From Laetmonice hystrix (lineage: Eukaryota), in assembly GCA_965235115.1 (NCBI GenBank), contig OZ249436.1, forward strand, positions 13,950,001-14,014,000: DNA of 64,000 nucleotides. The letters are read 5' to 3'. Below are positions 49,695-61,933 of this stretch, piece after piece. A program made the translations under genes and the position numbers. Every line of letters begins with the position of its first letter. The stretch's first letter is position 1. A model generated the notes under the pieces. That model did no database searches. It was given only the letters and a program-made list of their open reading frames with translations, and was not told the origin of the DNA.

Positions 49695-50928
49695 CTCATT
49701 CACTGGTAAAAACCTACCTCTGCATATCACTACCCCAATCACTGGTGAATCCTACCTCTGCATATCACTACCCCAATCACTGGTGAATCCTACCTCTGCA
49801 TATCACTACCCATGCAATCACTGGTGAATCCTACCTCTGCATATCACTACCCATGCAATCACTGGTGAATCCTACCTCTGCATATCCTCACTATCTTTGT
49901 TCTCTAATGTAGGAGTGGTGACAACATTGAGGGAGATGTTGACAACACCACCCCCACGTCTGCCCGTCACTACCCCAATCACTGGTGAATCCTACCTCTG
50001 CATATCCTCACTATCTTTGTTCTCTAATGTAGGAGTACAACATTGAGAGAGATGTTGACAACACCACTCCCACGTCTGCCCGTCACTACCCCAATCACTG
50101 GTGAATCCTACCTCTGCATATCCTCACTATCTTTGTTCTCTAATGTAGGAGTGGTGACAACATTGAGGGAGATGTTGACAACACCACTCCCACGTCTGCC
50201 CGTCACTACCCCAATCACTGGTGAATCCTACCTCTGCATATCCTCACTATCTTTGTTCTCTAATGTAGGAGTGGTGACAACATTGAGGGAGATGTTGACA
50301 ACACCACTCCCACGTCTGCCCGTCACTACCCCAATCACTGGTGAATCCTACCTCTGCATATCCTCACTATCTTTGTTCTCTAATGTAGGAGTGGTGACAA
50401 CATTGAGAGAGATGTTGACAACACTCCCACGTCTGCCCGTCACTACCCCAATCACTGGTGAATCCTACCTCTGCATATCCTCACTATCTTTGTTCTCTAA
50501 TGTAGGAGTGGTGAGAACATTGAGGGAGATGTTGACAACACTCCCACGTCTGCCCGTCACTACCCCAATCACTGGTGAATCCTACCTCTGCATATCCTCA
50601 CTATCTTTGTTCTCTAATGTAGGAGTGGTGAGAACATTGAGGGAGATGTTGACAACACCACTCCCACGTCTGCCCGTCACTACCCCAATCACTGGTGAAT
50701 CCTACCTCTGCATATCCTCACTATCTTTGTTCTCTAATGTAGGAGTGGTGAGAACATTGAGGGAGATGTTGACAACACCACTCCCACGTCTGCCCGTCAC
50801 TACCCCAATCACTGGTGAATCCTACCTCTGCATATCCTCACTATCTTTGTTCTCTAATGTAGGAGTGGTGAGAACATTGAGGGAGATGTTGACAACACCA
50901 CTCCCACGTCTGCCCGTCACTAACCCAA
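49695..50928. repeat. Compound minisatellite: 35-38-bp subunits followed by about 8-9 copies of a 117/120-bp unit
   Basis: TCACTGGTGAATCCTACCTCTGCATATC core; 40-aa period in the + ORF 50043-50999. Confidence 0.93.
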
Positions 50929-52366
50929 TCACAGCGGAGACATTCCATTTTAAAAATAATTTCGCTTGGTGTCCCTGGGGTTCAAGGGTAAATATTTGAA
51001 GAATTTGGTGTATCACTTTAAGTATAATACACCAAACAATACACTTTTGGTCGTCAGAGTTTGCAGTAGTCAATAAACACCTGTTTGTACACGTCTAGAT
51101 TCTACAGAAAACCGAGCGTGTCATTTAAAAGGAGACGTGTACAGACGAACGTCAACCTCCTACCCGAAAACGAAAGCAAAATCCATTAACATGTCATCAA
51201 TCAGTTTCCACGAATAATGTTTTAAAAAAAGTCTTTTCATTTGCTGCACTATAGATAATGAATGCTGATAATTCGTTTTTTAAAAGAAACATAAGTTTTA
51301 AAGAGGATTTTTCTGCAAGGTTTGCTCACTGTCAGTAAATACTGTATTCTGCCTTAGTTTCCTAAAGTCATTCGGCAATCTTGATATTTTGAATTTAAAA
51401 ATACATAATATATTGCCTATAGATCTCATTTCAGACATGTCTTACCGTCACACACCTATTCGCAAAATATGACATGTTTTAAGCCCTGGGTAGAAGTGTG
51501 AAGTAGAACCGATCCTGTGTAAGGTAAGGACCCAAGACCGCCATAACGCCAGCCCCAGAAGGCGTCCAAATCATGGGCCGCCATCTTGGGCCACACAACA
51601 CTGGGCGGTCGCAGATCAAAGCATTATGGTCACAGATCTCTGTCTCTGGCGCCATTTGGAGCAATTTGTGACACTTAGCCGACAACACGGACGGTTTCCT
51701 GAAAGCGGGTGAGACCGGTTAGACAGGCCGAGAGGTGGGGCGGTCGACGAGCGGGGGGCGGCTGGGCGCTGGCTGCCCTCTCCAACCTCCCGAGCCCTCA
51801 GCCACATCCGTGCAACCCACGGCCGAAAAAAAACCACACACACACCGAGATTGTGCTACAAGGTCCATCAGGGACGGCAGCAATGTCGGCCGAAATGTCT
51901 CCTGCTGCCAAGGACTGGACTTTTATGACTGGCACCTGACGAGGACTTTGAATTGGTCTGACTGGATAATGTTCTCATATCCCAGTCTGGCTGGATGCAC
52001 TTCCCTAGGTGGTACTGCCTCAGTGAGGCGAATATACTCTGTCACCTTTTGGTCTTTGTCGGATCGAGGATCTACGCCGACGTTCTCCTATATTCTGTCT
52101 TTATATGTCACGACTTCAACCATGTCATGGACATCCAAGAAATAAAACACCTTTTAAAGTGAATCTGTTTAAATATTGCTAGAAAACAATGGCTCTCGTC
52201 TGCGAAATAACTTTATAGTTCTCCTTTCAATGTTAACCGTGGTGAAGTTACAAGGTAGGTTACAGATATGTGGAATACAAGTAATCCAGGAAAACACCGA
52301 GGAAGACGATTATGTTTGGTGTCACCACACAGAACCTCAAGGAATCCAAGCTCATACTACAAAAAC

Positions 52367-53213
52367 AGATAATGTCGTCCTATAGATACCATGTCCCTTC
52401 TAACGCTTTCCTCAGATGTCTGTCACAGGGCAAGTATACAGGGTAGATAATGTCGTCCTATAGATACCATGTCCCTACCAACGCTTTCCTCAGATGTCTG
52501 TCACAGGGCAAGTATACAGGGTAGATAATGTCGTCCTATAGATACCATGTCCCTTCTAACGCTTTCCTCAGATGTCTGTCACAGGGCAAGTATACAGGGT
52601 AGATAATGTCGTCCTATAGATACCATGTCCCTTCTAACGCTTTCCTCAGATGTCTGTCACAGGGCAAGTATACAGGGTAGATAATGTCATCCTATAGATA
52701 CCATGTCCCTTCTAACGCTTTCCTCAGATGTCTGTCACAGGGCAAGTATACAGGGTAGATAATGTCGTCCTATAGATACCATGTCCCTTCTAACGCTTTC
52801 CTCAGATGTCTGTCACAGGGCAAGTATACAGGGTAGATAATGTCATCCTATAGATACCATGTCCCTTCTAACGCTTTCCTCAGATGTCTGTCACAGGGCA
52901 AGTATACAGGGTAGATAATGTCGTCCTATAGATACCATGTCCCTTCTAACGCTTTCCTCAGATGTCTGTCACAGGGCAAGTATACAGGGTAGATGTCGTC
53001 CTATAGATACCATGTCCCTACCAACGCTTTCCTCAGATGTCTGTCACAGGGCAAGTATACAGGGTAGATAATGTCGTCCTATAGATACCATGTCCCTTCT
53101 AACGCTTTCCTCAGATGTCTGTCACAGGGCAAGTATACAGGGTAGATAATGTCGTACTATAGAAACCATGTCCCTTCTAACGCTTTCCTCAGATGTCTGT
53201 CACAGGGCAAGTA
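52367..53213. repeat. Minisatellite, 78-bp unit, about 11 copies
   Basis: GATAATGTCGTCCTATAGATACCATGTCCCTTCTAACGCTTTCCTCAGATGTCTGTCACAGGGCAAGTATACAGGGTA. Confidence 0.95.
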
Positions 53214-54084
53214 CAGCCTATATATGCTGTCTCCTATAGTATTCACGTATGTTACTGACTGAATGAGAATCACTATATATTATACTGTACCCTATACGGG
53301 AGGCCTTGAGACCCTTCCTCCCTCCTCCTCCCGCCCGGTAGATGACAGGCGAGCTTGTCCGGGTTGTCTGTGCGGAAGGTCACATAACCAAGGTTAATCA
53401 TTGACACATAACGGCGGCCCGCTGTATGATGTTACTACGTCAACAACGTCAGCTTTATTAACAGTTTCTTTATCATGTCAAAGGACGCCTGACTTTGGTA
53501 TGGTGACCATTATACAGCGGCCAACTGACACCAAAGGTTGCTAATCTCATTGGCATCCTTCAAACGGGTACGCCCATCTACTCCGTCTGGCTGACCGTGT
53601 TGGTAACTTGCTAAATGATAATAGACAAACAACATCTAAGGCATAACCTCAATGATTGGTTTACTTGCTACCACAGAAAGTCATGTCTTCGAGAATATCT
53701 TATCGAACGATGTCTTCGATTCTAAAATGGCATAGTTTCAAATCATACAATGAATTTGTGTATTCTACAACAAAGCCATGATTCGATAGTTCCATAAATG
53801 TACTTCTGATATCTATATTTCTTGAGCACATATATAAATCTAAACATACAGGAAGAGTTTCCCCAAGGTGCGCCTAGATTAACATAGTCCGCCTACGTAG
53901 AACATCAAGATTTCTTAGTTTTACTCATTCTTTCTACTGGCCTTTTAATACATGTCATTTCTGGTTTCCATCACAGACAATTCTATTAAGAAAAAGCAAA
54001 ATTCTCTAACTTAATCAAATGCTTTCAATCACCGGTACAGACATAAAGTTACTTAGTAGAGAAAAACAAAGAAAGAAGAGAAGG

Positions 54085-54420
54085 AACCAAAAGTTTCGCT
54101 ATTTATTGATTACTGTCATAATGACATACGTTACATTTACCACCCGTGTCGTGTTCCAATTTTCATTTCCTCCATCTGTTTATTTTTTTTGGTTCCCAGA
54201 TGGAGGTTATTTTCTGATGGAAGCAGTAGGTGTTGGTGAGGCGGCTTGTGCACGGTTTGCTTGCCGTGTGCGCTGTGTTCTGTCATCAGTCAGAGTAGTG
54301 TATTGATGTGGTTGCTGTGACTGACGGGCTCAAGGTGAATACAGCTGAGCTGGAGGAAAGGGAGACTTCTCGTCTCCACACGGGCCCCTCCACCGACATC
54401 CACACTCCGCGGCAAACAGC
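54085..54420 (-). other. Candidate 3'-terminal exon of an unidentified minus-strand transcript
   Basis: Strong acceptor tttttgtctttgtgtttcag at 54421; all frames close within about 135 nt; AATAAA on the minus strand near 54102-54107. Confidence 0.3.
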
Positions 54421-56019
54421 CTGAAACACAAAGACAAAAAAACATAGTCGTCTACACTGTACGGAACCCACGCTCAAAAAGCGCCACTTTCTCTCAAAGT
54501 CGGACGGCGTTCAGTATACAGCTGGAGGGAAAGTCGCCTCAACGGTTCCCGGTCTCCAGTACCTTGACGTCGCAGTCAGCAGGCCTCAGTGAGGCAGGTG
54601 CCACTGCCTTGGGTCACGTAGAAAATAGGCTTTCAGTGATCAGGTGGTTTTTAATATTCTTCACAAAGCTCAGCTCTTGCAGCCTATTTCTTACAGCCCA
54701 TTATTTTTTGAGCATCGTGTATCAATGCGGTCAATTGAATTCATCTTTAGGAAACTGTATTAGAATAGTTTTATTAAACTCGGTGTGGGTCTCCAACAAG
54801 AAGTCTGTCTTTCAAATGGGTTCACTTTTCCATTGCGCATTAAAGACACTAGGCCTCTCTGAATAATAAAATCAATCTGTCAGCTGGCTTCATGAATAGC
54901 TGATAACAGTCAAATTAATACTAAAATTTTCAACTGCTCATTAAGTAAATTAAAAAAATAAAATGACTTTTATTAACCATGCTTGAGAAGCGTTCATGTA
55001 CTGCAGTTTACGGTATGAGAACAAATATTGCTCTCTGCTAGGCTAACTAAACTTCATACTGGTGATTTTCTGATATGTGGGCGTTACAAGAGAACTGAGA
55101 TGTCAGAGCTATATGCAAGCGTAGTGGCACATGTAATATAGCATCGGCGCATGGCTTTGTGGCTTTTATTGTATTACACGGAATGACATTGTTCCGAGAC
55201 TGCAAGGGAAAAACCATTATATGCCAGGCTGATAAATGCAGCCGTGTGTGAAGATTGCAGGCATTTTATAGCACCATCCCAATATCCTTCTCCGCGACTC
55301 TGCCGGCATTTGGCACTGGGAATCACAGGGACAGTGGAAGTAATGTTGTTCAATCTAAGGCTGCCACTGCCATTTGCGTACAAGCGCTGCCATTGTCATG
55401 AGTGCGCTGACCCTAATATATCAAATCGGTGTTGGCGGATGATGCAAGGTGGGGAATAAATTATATATCACTGACTAGCTATGCAATTTCTGACAAGCGC
55501 ACTGTGTAATTCATCCTCTTTTAGTTGCAAGACAAGTTAAGCTGCCTCAGACATTCATGACAAGACTCGCCGATGATTGGAATCAGTTGGCCTACAAAAT
55601 GAATCGCATTCCCAAACGGCCCCTTGAGATCGCTACAAGTGGCTGATGAATAAACTAATTGATCTCAATAATGGTGCGGCAAGGAGGCAGTCTTACTAGT
55701 GGCAAGTCAACTCTAGATGATGAGGACTTGAAAAAAACAACCGGCTCGATTTGACTGCATTGTGCTGGCGGAGTATGGGCAATCAAATCGTGTGAATAGC
55801 CAGGATTCCTGATAGCCGTTTGTAGTCAGGTTTGCAGTACAATATGTGTTGCGTTAGATAATGAATGACACGTAACGAATGATGGATGGTCACACGGTGT
55901 TGTTTTACCTACACCCGATCTTCAAGTGAAGTGGTTCGTGTTTTCTCCCGTCTCGGAGAGGTCAACATTATCACTCACTTCCGCTCATAATTGACGCCAT
56001 TTTTTAACATCTACCACTG

Positions 56020-56598
56020 CCAGGCACACTGAAACACCTCCACTGCCAGACCCACTGTACTGCTTCAAACACCTCTACTCTCCAGCCTATCTCACTGCTT
56101 CAAACACCTCCACTACCCGGCCTATCGTACTACTTCAAACACCTCCACTACCCGGCCTATCGTACTACTTCAAATACCTCCACTACCCGGCCTATCGTAC
56201 TACTTCAAACACCTCCACTACCCGGCCTATCGTACTACTTCAAATACCTCCACTACCCGGCCTATCGTACTACTTCAAACACCTCCACTACCCGGCCTAT
56301 CGTACTACTTCAAATACCTCCACTACCCGGCCTATCTCACTACTTCAAACACTTCCACTGCCCGGCCTATCTCACTGCTTCAAACACCTCCACTGCCCGG
56401 CCTATCTCACTGCTTTAAACACCTCCACTACCCGGCCTATCGTACTACTTCAAACACCTCCACTGCCCGGCCTATCTCACTGCTTTAAACACCTCCACTG
56501 CCCGGCCTATCTCACTGCTTCAAACACCTCCACTGCCCGGCCTATCTCACTACTTCAAACACCTCCACTGCCCGGCCTATCGTACTACTTCAAACACC
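56020..56598. repeat. Minisatellite, 35-bp unit, about 16 copies
   Basis: CTTCAAACACCTCCACTACCCGGCCTATCGTACTA and variants. Confidence 0.93.
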
Positions 56599-59468
56599 AT
56601 ACTTTCCTCAATACCATCCACCGCTCACATCTATATGCAATTTTTAAACACACATTTAAAATTGCTTCCTAGAGTTTCCTGAGGGTGACTTGAATTTGAT
56701 TTATTTAAAAACAGTTTTCTATAAAGATTTGCTGATGAAACCAGTTTAACAGCAAGGTGTTAACGTCAGTGACATGTTAAACATCAGGTATAATTTACAA
56801 AGCTATTGTAGACAAAAAATTAGGTTTATATATTTTCTCTTTTAACTTGAGCTACCAAATATCCAATCGATGTTTATTTTGAAGGATGAAAAGAACATGA
56901 ACGTATACGTCACTACTCAGGCCTACCATTTCAAATAAGGCAATATATTTTCGCGCTTTGTTTATTATTTCAAAACATACTAAACTTGACTTTATTGTTT
57001 TACTTTTCTTGCAACCTACTTTGCCCAAGGATGTCTATAAAGATACCGAATAATGTTCTAGCCTTAAATCCCCTGAGATCCCCCCGCCCCCACTTTGAAA
57101 GGAATTAAGATGTAAAACCTTTAAAACGACCATTCCCACTGCTGTAAATTATGTACTACCCAAGCAAGAACCTTAATGGCCATTCTTAGCGCACTGCTGT
57201 TTTTGTCATGGTAATTGCCTTCAATACTTCAGTTGTGCTCATAAAGAAAATAACCACGTTAAGTCAAGAATGGCTAACGACAAAAGAGTATCCATAGGAC
57301 GCTGACTGCGGGCTTCATAAACAACAAGGCAGGCCTTATCTACCAGCAGCCGTCGAAACCTGGGCCTCATATGTTACTGAGCCCAACCAATGACAACAGA
57401 TCTCCGTCTCTGTGTATGAGAACAGATTCCGTCTAACCTGGGATTGCTTTCATGAATCAGCATTCCGCGCTCTCGTCCTAAATTACACGATTTTAGGCTC
57501 TCAGCTAAAACATTATGATTTTATCACGGTAAGGATTCCAGGGGAGTGGGGAATTTTCCTAATTTCATCAGATGAGGGAATCAATGCCAAGGTCGTTTCT
57601 TACAATGCTGGGCCAGATACTTTGACAGGCCTCCAGTACAAGCATTAATTCCTGATCCCATCGGAATATTTCAAAACTACACAATCCAGGGTTCTAGACA
57701 AGGAGACGTTATTAATATCAATATAGTCCAGAGAAAGAAAGGCATGAATGAATGGTTGTAGAGAAAGTGAGTCCCATTAGGCAGTACTCCATTTGCTACC
57801 AACACCAGGCAGTTATTTGTCCCGCGTATTTTTCATTACTTTAACATCCTACTGCAAGTCAGTCAGTGACGATCTGATAACTGCATAAAAAATAGTAAGA
57901 AAACAACTGAAGAGAAAGTTAAACGAAGGAAGGATTGAGAGATCTACAATATGTAGCCATGGTGACCGTTAAAATATCCGTTACCGTGATAGTATCTGAT
58001 GTCAATGGGTCACTGGTCAAGTACATGGCATTCCCCGGCCGAGAGGTACGGCCGACCGAGCGACTGAGAGGTCGGCCAGCTCGACTGGCGGTCCTCTACT
58101 GCCGCACACATTTATAATGGATGACCCAGCGTCAACCTGACTGAGGTGGGCCTGTCAGTCTTGTAATACGTGATCGAACGTCATGTTGGGGCAAGACACA
58201 AAACATGTATTCACTATGGGAGACTGGGGGCGGGCAGAGGGGATAAACATATAAGTATATTATATGTCTCTAAGAAAAAAAAGTGGAGCATAAATGATAA
58301 TGCCCATTGTGAAGACTTCTGTTTTTAAACCCATACATTCACCTTAACAGAAACTCTCCACTTTAGTGGATGCCTAAGCTTCAAGATGGAATACAACATT
58401 CCTTTAGAAATCTTTCAGAGTTTTTGTCACTTCATCCTGGGAGAAAATTGTAAAAGAACCAAGAGAATATCGACTTTCTTGATCTTGAGCATCAACCATG
58501 ATCTAAGACAGTGTGTCGTCTGGAGCTGCACTGCACCTGCATCTGGAATCAGCGGGCCTATATGGGCGCCACCCTCCGTGACAGACAGGCGTTATTCACT
58601 GAGACAATCCGACCAAACAACTCGAATTGTATTCCAGTATAAGGGAGCGGTGACCTGCCTGCACAGAATGCTTGCCTCATCTTCCCACTCATGGCCACGC
58701 CTCAGTCCTATTAGAACAGAGTTTAAATCCTTTTCATCATGATTAGACCTTTTTTTCAATCAGACTAACCAGAGGGCATTCCAAATGAGGACATTACATC
58801 ACGAATTTCTTTTTCCTTTTAACAGCATCAGGTTCCAATTTTTGTTTTATGGAAGAGGAAAAAACCTGTGATATTGATTAATCATTACAGGCGGGAGGGC
58901 CATCGAGTGCATGGTTACAGCCCCACGTGAAGGATCAGCAATAAGCACACAGTCACGGCACTATACAAATCTGGTCGAGCACAGGGCTGCACTGTGAGAG
59001 AAAAGATGATTGGTGTGGGACAGTCTGACGTCTTTAAATGGAACATCAATCCATTAACGTACGGAGGAAAGGATCAAAGAGTATGGAGTACGTCCTTCAT
59101 ACCCAGCCACAATAGGCCACAATGGCAAAGTTAGACACTGACTGATGAAACACTTAGTATCAACAGTCAATTATAACAACCTGATTACGTTCGTCTTCTT
59201 CCCTTCGCCTACTGGGGTTAGGTACTACTTAAAAAGGGAATTTCCATCCTCGTGACGGGCTGTCAACCTAAAATTCCCTTTTTCTGTAGGCCGGAGGACA
59301 TTTCATAGGAGGAAAACAACTTTAAATGCGGCATGGATCTTAGTGACCGCCTAAGCTGAAGCCTTTTGAAGCAATCTTCCTTTTTCTTACCATAGACACC
59401 GGCATCAATAGTCAATTCAAGGCCATGAGAAGGCAGTCAAAGGCAAGGGGTTCTGACCCCGTCAGGCC

Positions 59469-59630
59469 CCTGGGGCCGGTTTTACTAAAGGTCCTTATTT
59501 AAGGACGTCGCTAATTTAACATAGAAGTGAATGGGTTGCTAGGTCGAAAATAAGGACCTAGCAACCATTCACTTCTATGTTAAATTAGCGACGTCCTTAA
59601 ATAAGGACCTTTAGTAAAACCGGCCCCAGG
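59469..59630. mobile_element. 162-bp near-perfect palindrome (foldback MITE)
   Basis: 77/76-bp arms differing by a single extra G, with a 9-nt loop GAAAATAAG; termini CCTGGGGCCGG / CCGGCCCCAGG. Confidence 0.75.
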
Positions 59631-60703
59631 AGGCCACGGCTAGACAATCCATGGTCAAGGCTGGCCTATTCTGGAGGCCATCTGAGACAACGGGGCCGGT
59701 CTGCCTCGAGAGTCGGCAGGGGCTCGTCATCAGTGGGGAGGCCGTCACCGTGACAAGTTTCAAGGGGGTGGGGCTGGCGAACCACAGACTGGAATGTGGA
59801 ATCAGTGTTGGCAATACTGCCGTGGGCCACTTGGTCCCCATGGACCGGACTGTGGGCCCCAACACCCACCCAACACCCACTCAATGTGGGGGGCTCCCCA
59901 CACTAATCTCTGGACTGCCAAACTCGCGGGGAGGCGAAGAAATCCAATGGAGCTCTTGAGCCAAGGTGGATTATTGAATGTATCCACCACGCAGCCCACC
60001 TCCCACAACCTGCCGTAGGTGATCTGGTATCAAGTGCCGCCTACCGGTAATACATGGACGGTAGAGAACCCATCGGCAGACCGTGGGCTGACTGGCCTGA
60101 TGGGGGTATCCTTTCAAACCTGTCCCCTCACGGTTTGTTTCTCATATATTTTACTCTATCATGTCAATGTTAATCGTGCAGACACTGTGTCATCCTCATG
60201 TTCACTCCACATATGATAAAAAAGGCACACTTTGGGGGTATTTATCAAATAAATAAAACACAAAATAACATATATCGTTACGTATCTACACTAACATATT
60301 GTTCAAAGTCAAACGGACTCGATTGCCAATATCAAAGTTTCCCATCAGGTTAAAAACTGACACAAAACGTCATGTGGATACGAAGCATCCAATCTGATGT
60401 GCCGCTGATACTCTCTGAGATTTATCCTTCAACGCTCTAAGGATCCAGGGCAATGAAGGAAGAGAAAGTGATATAAAAGTTAAAGATAAGACAAGCCTCC
60501 TCCTGTTCCTCCTCCCCTCCTCCTCACCCTCCTCCTCGACTACCTCTGGGATTTCCTATGGCATGGTGGCCTTGATGTATCAGCTGTCACGCACGAGGCT
60601 GTCCTTGGTGACACCTCCCAGACACGGTGGCCCCAAGGTCAGTCTTGATTTGTGAGTGGACATCCGAAGGGACTGACACAGTCTCCCCCCCCCCCCTCCC
60701 CCA

Positions 60704-61933
60704 CAACCACAGCCGACAGACCACCACCACGGCCGACAGACCACCACCACGGCCGACCCACCACCACCACAGCCGACAGACCACCGCCACAGCCGACAGA
60801 CCACAACCACAGCCGACAGACCACCACCACAGCCAACCGACCACAACCACAGCCGACAGACCACAACCACAGCCGACAGACCACCACCACAGCCGACAGA
60901 CCACCACCACGGCCGACAGACCACCACCACGGCCGACAGACCACCACCACGGCCGACAGACCACCACCACAGCCGACAGACCACCACCACAGCCGACCGA
61001 CCACCGCCACAGCCCACCGACCACCAACACAGCCGACAGACCACCAGCACAGCCGACAGACCACCACCACAGCCGACAGACCACCACCACAGCCAACAGA
61101 CCACCGCCACAGCCAACCGACCACCACCACAGCCGACAGACCACCACCACAGCCGACAGACCACCACCACAGCCGACAGACCACCACCACAGCCGACAGA
61201 CCACCGCCACAGCCGACAGACCACCGCCACAGCCCACCGACCACCAACACAGCCGACAGACCACCAGCACAGCCGACAGACCACCGCCACAGCCGACAGA
61301 CCACCGCCACAGCCGACAGACCACCGCCACAGCCGACAGACCACCACCACAGCCGACCGACCACCGCCACAGCCGACCGACCACCGCCACAGCCGATCGA
61401 CCACCGCCACAGCCGACCGACCACCACCACAGCCGACAGACCACCACCACAGCCGACAGACCACCACCACAGCCGACAGACCACCGCCACAGCCGACAGA
61501 CCACCACCACAGCCGACCGACCACCGCCACAGCCGACCGACCACCGCCACAGCCGACAGACCACCGCCACAGCCGACAGACCACCGCCACAGCCGACCGA
61601 CCACCACCACAGCCGACAGACCACCACCACAGCCGACAGACCACCACCACGGCCGACAGACCACCACCACAGCCGACAGACCACCACCACAGCCGACAGA
61701 CCACCACCACAGCCGACAGACCACCACCACAGCCGACAGACCACCACCACGGCCGACCGACCACCACCACAGCCGACAGACCACCACCACAGCCGACCGA
61801 CCACCGCCACAGCCCACCGACCACCACCACAGCCGACAGACCACCACCACAGCCGACAGACCACCACCACAGCCGACAGACCACCGCCACAGCCGACAGA
61901 CCACCGCCACAGCCGACAGACCACCGCCACAGC
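60704..61933. repeat. Minisatellite, 20-bp unit, about 61 copies
   Basis: CCACCACCACAGCCGACAGA and variants. Confidence 0.96.

Larger units (their letters stand above)
33483..50974 (-). other. Candidate spliced minus-strand gene of unknown product; exons 50974-50826, 49406-49321, 46078-45914, 45573-45530, 44509-44454, 42556-42526, 41702-41627, 38837-38822, 35747-35678, 35208-35100, 33517-33483
   Basis: Paired acceptor/donor signals (four GTGAGT, plus GTAAGA, GTAATT, GTAAAG, GTATGT) whose phases chain into one open frame. Exons were picked by eye and no homolog was recognised. Confidence 0.3.

Noticed and set aside
52367-53213. 78-bp array as another donor-spanning exon repeat
   Set aside because: The donor in the flank-proximal unit is weak (GTTTCT), the acceptor is poor, and the phase does not fit the candidate chain.
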